Positions 26,283 to 32,000 of a stretch of DNA of 32,000 nt are shown piece by piece. The notes beneath the pieces were generated by a model. The model did not search any database. It saw only the letters and a list, made by a program, of their open reading frames with translations, and was not told the origin of the DNA. Origin of the DNA: Psychrobacter sp. HD31 (GTDB taxonomy: Bacteria > Pseudomonadota > Gammaproteobacteria > Pseudomonadales > Moraxellaceae); assembly GCF_051097895.1 (NCBI RefSeq), contig NZ_CP142525.1:1950001-1982000 (forward strand). Reading direction: 5' to 3'. Position 1 is the stretch's first letter, and every line of letters begins with the position of its first letter. The position numbers were made by a program, and so were the translations under genes.

Positions 26283-27758
26283 TTAATCAAGCAACTCTTT
26301 TAATATCTGATTAACTTGTTGTGGGTTTGCTTTGCCTCGGCTTGCTTTCATCACCTGACCAACCAAACCGTTAAAGGCTTTTTGTTTACCACCTTTATAT
26401 TCATCAACCATGGTTTGGTTGTTGGCAAGTACTTCTTCAACCATTGCTTTAATTGCACCGGTATCGGTTTCTTGCTTTAACCCTTTTGTTTCGATGATTT
26501 CATCAGCTGTACCTTCGCCTTCATACATTGCTGTAAATACTTTTTTAGCAATCTTACCCGATATGGTGTTATCGTTGATACGTGTTAACAAACCAGCTAA
26601 TAACTCGGTGCTAATGGGCGAGTCATCAATGGTTTTATCATCTTTATTTAGCGCGCCAAGCAAATCACCCATTACCCAGTTGGCGGCAAGTTTGGCATGA
26701 TTTGTGCCAATTTTTCCAACCACTTCTTCATAATAGTCGGCAAGTTCACGGCTCGCCGTTAAAATGCGAGCATCATATTCAGAAAGAGCCAATTCGTCTT
26801 CAAAACGGGTGCGGCGCTGCGTTGGCAGTTCTGGCATTTGTGCACGGATTTCATCAACTGTTTCTTGCTCAATGCGGATTGGTAGTAAATCAGGGTCAGG
26901 GAAGTAGCGGTAATCGTTGGCTTCTTCTTTGGTACGCATCGAGCGGGTTTCATCTTTATCTGGGTCGTATAAACGAGTTGCCTGAATAACCTGACCGCCA
27001 TCTTCAATCAAGTCGATTTGGCGTTCAATCTCACGATTAATTGCACGCTCGATAAAACGGAATGAGTTTAGGTTTTTAAGTTCACAGCGTGTGCCAAGCG
27101 CTTCACCTGGCTTACGTACAGATACGTTACAATCGGCACGGAACGAGCCTTCTGCCATAATCGCATCAGAAATACCCAGCCAAGTGACCAATTGATGGAT
27201 TGATTTGATATAGGCAACCGCCTCGGCAGTCGAACGCATATCAGGCTCTGATACAATTTCAATCAGCGGTGTGCCAGCACGGTTTAAGTCAATGCCTGTC
27301 ATACCATCTACTGCATCATGTACAGATTTACCAGCATCTTCTTCTAGGTGACCACGAGTAATGCCAATACGTTTTGGATACTCATTATTTTCACCTTCGT
27401 TAACCACAATGTCGATGTAGCCTTTGCCTACGATAGGGTGAGGCATCTGTGTAATTTGGTAGCCTTTTGGCAAATCTGGGTAAAAATAGTTTTTGCGGTC
27501 AAATGCATTGTACAAACCTAACTCGGCATTTACGCCCAAGCCAAATTTTAATGCTCGTTCAACTACCCCTTCATTAACCACTGGCAACACTCCAGGTAAG
27601 CCTAAATCAACAATATTGGCTTGTGTATTTGCTTCTGCACCAAATTCAGTAGGGGCAGATGAAAAAATCTTGCTGTTGGTATTTAATTGGCAATGAATCT
27701 CTATACCGATGACCACTTCATAGCCATCTACTAATAAGTCTGTGCGTACTTCTGTCAT
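26283..27758 (-). CDS. gatB: Asp/Glu-tRNA(Asn/Gln) amidotransferase subunit B
   Basis: 491 aa. [23 protein letters not shown] and the C-terminal YqeY-like tail are typical of GatB. AGGAAA Shine-Dalgarno upstream. Confidence 0.95.
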   Translation of the reverse strand: MTEVRTDLLVDGYEVVIGIEIHCQLNTNSKIFSSAPTEFGAEANTQANIVDLGLPGVLPVVNEGVVERALKFGLGVNAELGLYNAFDRKNYFYPDLPKGYQITQMPHPIVGKGYIDIVVNEGENNEYPKRIGITRGHLEEDAGKSVHDAVDGMTGIDLNRAGTPLIEIVSEPDMRSTAEAVAYIKSIHQLVTWLGISDAIMAEGSFRADCNVSVRKPGEALGTRCELKNLNSFRFIERAINREIERQIDLIEDGGQVIQATRLYDPDKDETRSMRTKEEANDYRYFPDPDLLPIRIEQETVDEIRAQMPELPTQRRTRFEDELALSEYDARILTASRELADYYEEVVGKIGTNHAKLAANWVMGDLLGALNKDDKTIDDSPISTELLAGLLTRINDNTISGKIAKKVFTAMYEGEGTADEIIETKGLKQETDTGAIKAMVEEVLANNQTMVDEYKGGKQKAFNGLVGQVMKASRGKANPQQVNQILKELLD

Positions 27759-28056
27759 TTTGTTTCCTGTTATTTAAAAACTTAAAAATTTTACAATGTT
27801 AAAAATCTTGTTTGCCTGTTAGTTTATGTCTTCTATAGTTTCTGTAATTTTTAGCTTTAACCTGCTATCCGCTCTTATCTTGCTACCTGCTGTCGTTGCT
27901 CACATTGACTAATGTGTGTTTCATGCGTTACAGCAACTACCCTTAGCCAAGTTCGCAATCGCCAGCAGTCACACAAGTATAACCGCTACTATCAGGGCTA
28001 TGTCAGCATCTTGCTCTTTTTCAACCTTTATCGCTATGTTAGTTACGGTTTTTAAT

Positions 28057-28073
28057 GGTGGGCAGAGCCCACC
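28057..28073. repeat. GC-rich REP-like hairpin ggtgggc-aga-gcccacc
   Basis: Perfect 7-bp GC-rich stem with a 3-nt loop, embedded in taatGGTGGGCagaGCCCACCctaccaa. No T-run on either strand, so it is not a terminator. It is the only copy in this window. Confidence 0.5.
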
Positions 28074-28163
28074 CTACCAATCTGTTTTATCAAAAATAAA
28101 AGTGTGTATATTCAAATACCGAATATTAAACAATACCTGTCAAAGTGACATTTATCGTCCATT

Positions 28164-28514
28164 TTATTTAGTTATGTTGGTAATGTCAGTGACAAGATTA
28201 CATAACCAAGTTTCTTGTTGCATACAATATATACGGAAGTCTTTAGTAATATCCATTAAAAACTGAAGTATACATAACATTAATATAGCTAATAAAAGAC
28301 TAATAAATATTCGCTTGTACCATTTCATTTTTAGGCAAAATAACCCAGCGATAAAGGTATATATTGGAAAGTAATACATCATTACAATGATTAATACGTG
28401 TTCATCTCCATTATCGACTGGATAGCTAAAATTGGGGCTAATAAAGTCAAATAAGTATGCAGTAGCATATAGCAACAAAAAAACTAATGAAGTTAAATAG
28501 AGTTTAGTTCTCAC
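28164..28514 (-). CDS. Hypothetical AT-rich 3-TM membrane protein inserted between gatA and gatB
   Basis: 116-aa ORF with a GTG start (28514) preceded by AGAGGA 8 nt upstream. It has three predicted TM helices and a Cys-containing C-terminal tail. I recognise no family. It is visibly more AT-rich than the flanking gat genes. Confidence 0.55.
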   Translation of the reverse strand: MRTKLYLTSLVFLLLYATAYLFDFISPNFSYPVDNGDEHVLIIVMMYYFPIYTFIAGLFCLKMKWYKRIFISLLLAILMLCILQFLMDITKDFRIYCMQQETWLCNLVTDITNITK

Positions 28515-28640
28515 TTTAGAAGTCCTCTAGTTTGGTAATAACGTAATTTTTGGGCTTTGTCATGGCATTTTAATCCTTAATTTAAGAATTTTTTTAAAGC
28601 CTTAATCAAACCGTAGGTGCGTTCCACGTATCTTTTTACT

Positions 28641-30131
28641 TTACCCATTAGCAATATCAGACAATTTAGTATGATAATCTGTATGCTGTTGGAACAGGTG
28701 TGCGGTTTCTAACAGTTTAGCTTCTTGCCAATGGTTGCCAATTAATTGCAAGCCAACGGGCATGCCGTCATTATCAAACCCTGCTGGTAAGCTAAGTGCA
28801 GGCAAACCTGCCAAGTTAACACCAATGGTGTAAACATCGCCCAGATACATGGTTGCAGGGTCTAGGTTGGCATCAAATGCATAAGCTGTGGTTGGCGCAG
28901 TTGGGCTAACAATTAGGTCGCAGCTTTCAAATGCTTTGGCAAAATCGGCAGCAATCATACGGCGTACTTTTTGGGCTTTTACATAATAGGCATCAAAATA
29001 ACCTGCCGATAACGCATATGTGCCCATTAAAATACGACGTTGTACCTCAGCACCAAAACCTTCTGAACGAGAGCGAGTATAAAGATCGGTTAAATCTTTT
29101 GGATCTTCACAGCGGTAACCAAAACGTACACCATCAAAACGAGATAAGTTTGAAGATGCTTCGGCAGGTGCAAGCATATAATAAGTTGCTAGAGTTGTTT
29201 TAGGGTCAGTGATATTGACTTCTACAATGGTTGCACCCAGTTCTTCTAATTTTGCTAGCGCATCACGGGTGGTTTTTTCAACCTCGCTATTTAAGCCTGC
29301 GCCAAAGTATTCTTTTGCAACCCCAATACGCAAGCCGTTATAAGGTTTGTCACCTTGAATGCTTTCGGCATCCTTTAATGCCTGTACGTAGTCTGGTACA
29401 TCACGTTTGATAGAAGTTGCATCATTTTTATCGTGTCCAGCCATCGCCTGTAATAAATAGGCACAATCTAATGCCGACTTACCAAAACTACCAGCTTGGT
29501 CAAAGCTTGATGCATAAGCAATCATACCAAAGCGAGAGACGCGACCATACGTTGGTTTAATCCCCGTTAAACCGCAGAATGATGCTGGCTGACGGATAGA
29601 GCCACCGGTGTCTGTACCTGTTGCCATTGGAACAAAGCCTGCGGCAACGGCAGCGGCAGAGCCACCAGATGAACCACCAGGTACACGCTCTAAGTTCCAT
29701 GGGTTATGTACACCACCATAGTATGAGCTAGAATTATCAGAACCCATAGCAAACTCATCCATATTAAGCTTACCTAAGCTAATCATGCCTTCATTGTTAA
29801 CCTTGTTAACAACGGTTGCATCATAAGGTGATAGGAAGTTGTGTAAGATTTTTGAGCCAGCTGTTGTTAAAACACCTTTGGTACAAAAAATATCTTTATG
29901 CGCCATTGGTACGCCAAGCAGTTGTCGAGTATCGCCACCAGCACGCAACTTGTCTGCTTCTTCGGCTTGTGCTAAAGCTTGTTTGCCAGTTACGGTAATA
30001 AAACTATTAACTTGACTGTCTAATTTTTCGATACGGTTAAGGAAGTGCGTTGTTAACTCAACACTGCTAAATTGTTTGTTTGCTAACCCGTCTATAATTT
30101 GTTGGGTTGATAACTGATGTAGTTCAGCCAT
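28641..30131 (-). CDS. gatA: Asp/Glu-tRNA(Asn/Gln) amidotransferase subunit A (amidase)
   Basis: 496 aa. Amidase signature [14 protein letters not shown]…[13 protein letters not shown] and KD…ST catalytic contexts. Confidence 0.95.
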   Translation of the reverse strand: MAELHQLSTQQIIDGLANKQFSSVELTTHFLNRIEKLDSQVNSFITVTGKQALAQAEEADKLRAGGDTRQLLGVPMAHKDIFCTKGVLTTAGSKILHNFLSPYDATVVNKVNNEGMISLGKLNMDEFAMGSDNSSSYYGGVHNPWNLERVPGGSSGGSAAAVAAGFVPMATGTDTGGSIRQPASFCGLTGIKPTYGRVSRFGMIAYASSFDQAGSFGKSALDCAYLLQAMAGHDKNDATSIKRDVPDYVQALKDAESIQGDKPYNGLRIGVAKEYFGAGLNSEVEKTTRDALAKLEELGATIVEVNITDPKTTLATYYMLAPAEASSNLSRFDGVRFGYRCEDPKDLTDLYTRSRSEGFGAEVQRRILMGTYALSAGYFDAYYVKAQKVRRMIAADFAKAFESCDLIVSPTAPTTAYAFDANLDPATMYLGDVYTIGVNLAGLPALSLPAGFDNDGMPVGLQLIGNHWQEAKLLETAHLFQQHTDYHTKLSDIANG

Positions 30132-30257
30132 AATGAGGTTTCCGTTTTAATTATTTAATATGTTTAACATTTTGGATTGGACTTTTATGACTTAGTAAAC
30201 GATTGATTGTGAGCTTACAATCAAGCTAGAACCAAAGTTATGTCCATTATTCTTAAT

Positions 30258-30566
30258 TTATTCAATTACTTGAGGGACTAAAAATAAACCATCTTGTTTT
30301 TCTGGGGCATTCGACTGGTTTAGTGTGCGGTCGATATCTGGGTTAGCAACGTCTGCACGTAAGGACTGACTTGCCTCATGGATGTTTGCTAACGGTTTTA
30401 CGCCATCGGTATCAATAGCAGAGATGGTGTCCATCATGTCCAAAATTTTGCTGATATCTTGTGCATAATTGCTTGCAGTGTCTTCATTAACGGCAAGGCG
30501 CGATAGCTTTGCCACGTTTAAAATGTCATCGGTGCTTATTCTGCTTGTGTTTGTTGCTTCGGTCAT
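30258..30566 (-). CDS. gatC: Asp/Glu-tRNA(Asn/Gln) amidotransferase subunit C
   Basis: 102 aa. The pattern …VAKLSRLAV.E…I..IL…D…L…R.D… and its position upstream of gatA fit GatC. Confidence 0.88.
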   Translation of the reverse strand: MTEATNTSRISTDDILNVAKLSRLAVNEDTASNYAQDISKILDMMDTISAIDTDGVKPLANIHEASQSLRADVANPDIDRTLNQSNAPEKQDGLFLVPQVIE

Positions 30567-30962
30567 AATGACTCCATTTTTATGTGCAATTTTTTGTAGA
30601 TTAACAATTAAATTTTAAGTTGTTCTATTATAAAGTATCTTGGCGTTATTTTCAGGTGTCTCGCTATAATTATAAAAATTGCTGTTTATCTAAATACTAG
30701 TTTTTATGATAAAACCACATTTTATTTTGATGTTGATAAAAGTTTTGTACTCAAATGAGAGTTTTGTTGGGTAAAAATTATGTTTATGCGCTTATAGTTG
30801 AGTGTTTTAACCCTGTTTGAAATCTTTATTTGCAAATAGATACATAAATTTATAAAAAAAACACATTTAGCTATGCTTTTTTGCAGACAAGGCGTTATAA
30901 TCTAGCACTATTTATAAATTTAATTCACTTTCAAAAGTTTTTGTAATACGCTGGATACACAC

Positions 30963-31997
30963 ATGAATCTTTTTGGGTTTTTATCATCTAATATTTCTAT
31001 CGACCTTGGTACAGCAAATACGCTTATTTATATCCCTGGCAAGGGGGTTGTACTAAATGAGCCTACCGTTGTTGCACTACGTAGCAATCGCACACAAAAC
31101 CCAACTGTTGCGGCTGTGGGGGTCGACGCTAAGCAAATGTTGGGTCGTACGCCTGACAATATCACTGCCATTCGTCCATTAAAAGATGGCGTGATTGCAG
31201 ACTTTGAAGTCACCCAAAAAATGCTAAAACACTTTATTGATAAAGTAAAAGTACGACGTTTTCTAGCTCAGCCAAACGTGGTTGTGTGTGTGCCATGCAA
31301 ATCAACTTTAGTAGAACGTCGTGCGATTCGTGAAGCCGTAACTTCATCAGGTTCTAATAAAGTATTATTGCTTGAAGAGCCAATGGCTGCCGCATTAGGC
31401 GCAGGCTTGCCAGTACATGATGCCAGTGGTTCTATGGTTGTAGACATCGGCGGTGGTACAACAGAAATTGCCGTTATCGCATTATCAGGTTGTGTCTATG
31501 CAGATTCTATCCGCATTGGTGGTGATGTGTTTGATGAAGCAATTGTTACTCATGTGCGTCGTAACCATGGCTGTATTATTGGCGAAACTACTGCCGAACA
31601 TATTAAGCAAGAAGTTGGCACCGCTGTTTTAGAAGACGGTGATGAAAAACTAGAAGTTGAAGTACGTGGTCGTAGTATGGCCGAAGGTGTACCAAAATCA
31701 TTAACGGTTACCTCTGACGAAGTACAAAAAGCATTACAAGATGCCCTTAATGGTATCGTTGCTGCTGTTAAACAAGCATTAGAACAAACACCACCAGAAC
31801 TATCTTCAGATATTGCAGAGCGTGGTATTGTATTAACGGGTGGTGGTGCATTATTGCGTAATCTTGATAAGCTTCTTTCTAAAGAAACAGGGTTGCCAGT
31901 AGCGGTTGCAGAAGACCCATTAACTTGTGTTACCCGTGGTGGTGGTAAAGCACTCGAGTTTATTAACAACAAAAGTTTAAACATGATTTTTGTTTAA
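30963..31997 (+). CDS. mreB: Rod-shape-determining actin homolog MreB
   Basis: 344 aa. [21 protein letters not shown] and LTGGGALL actin-fold motifs. It is divergent from gatCAB, a synteny I recall from Pseudomonas/Acinetobacter-type genomes. Confidence 0.95.
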   Translation: MNLFGFLSSNISIDLGTANTLIYIPGKGVVLNEPTVVALRSNRTQNPTVAAVGVDAKQMLGRTPDNITAIRPLKDGVIADFEVTQKMLKHFIDKVKVRRFLAQPNVVVCVPCKSTLVERRAIREAVTSSGSNKVLLLEEPMAAALGAGLPVHDASGSMVVDIGGGTTEIAVIALSGCVYADSIRIGGDVFDEAIVTHVRRNHGCIIGETTAEHIKQEVGTAVLEDGDEKLEVEVRGRSMAEGVPKSLTVTSDEVQKALQDALNGIVAAVKQALEQTPPELSSDIAERGIVLTGGGALLRNLDKLLSKETGLPVAVAEDPLTCVTRGGGKALEFINNKSLNMIFV

Positions 31998-32000
31998 AAT

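Noticed and set aside
27780-28163. Riboswitch, T-box or known housekeeping ncRNA (6S, tmRNA, RNase P) upstream of gatB
   Set aside because: I could recognise none of the signature motifs of these RNAs. T-box control of gatCAB is a Firmicute feature and no specifier/T-box sequence is visible. It is left as an unclassified structured or degenerate region.
27916-28266. 116-aa plus-strand ORF in the gatA-gatB gap
   Set aside because: It has a GTG start without a Shine-Dalgarno and low-complexity, Ser/Thr/Cys-rich, implausible sequence. It runs straight through the GC-rich hairpin and overlaps the better-supported convergent ORF 28164-28514. Most likely not a gene.
28515-30257. Both gaps flanking gatA are exactly 126 nt (30132-30257 and 28515-28640)
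   Set aside because: The two spacers share no sequence similarity, so this is a coincidence of length.
1-32000. CRISPR arrays, IS elements, prophage genes, toxin-antitoxin pairs and known defence systems
   Set aside because: I saw no regularly spaced direct repeats, no transposase, integrase or recombinase-like ORFs, no phage structural genes, and no small adjacent ORF pairs typical of TA modules while reading both strands.

Overview
The window reads as mostly ordinary chromosomal core from an AT-rich gammaproteobacterium. A Moraxellaceae-like origin is my guess from gene content and synteny, not a verified assignment. I support 29 protein-coding genes and one tRNA-Pro(GGG). In order they are: map (-), rpsB-tsf (+), htpX (-), and a co-oriented minus-strand block of three paralogous SLT-domain lytic transglycosylases around an lrgA/lrgB-like pair. 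Then come hflX (-), a GNAT N-acyltransferase plus PlsC-type acyltransferase pair (olsB/olsA-like, +), dps (-), and a nucleoside catabolism cluster. That cluster is cdd (-) diverging from nupC-deoC-deoA-(phosphohexomutase-family mutase)-deoD (+). The rest is a 2-TM membrane protein (-), serS (+), tkt (+), a convergent pair of nuclease-fold proteins (DUF2726-like +, DUF1853-like -), tRNA-Pro (-), a SemiSWEET-like 3-TM protein (-), gatC/gatA/gatB (-) and mreB (+). I saw no transposase, integrase, CRISPR array, rRNA or recognisable defence system. The best candidates for something undescribed are four. (1) The lytic transglycosylase and LrgAB cluster, including a 27-nt upstream motif shared by two of the paralogs. 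(2) An ~880-bp interruption of the gatCAB operon carrying a markedly AT-rich 116-aa membrane ORF, ~400 bp of structured-looking non-coding DNA and a GC-rich REP-like hairpin. (3) A PGM2/phosphohexomutase-type enzyme sitting exactly in the deoB slot of the deo operon. (4) The membrane-anchored DUF2726-like and DUF1853-like pair next to tRNA-Pro. All functional calls rest on by-eye motif recognition and recalled similarity to characterised proteins. No database search was run.
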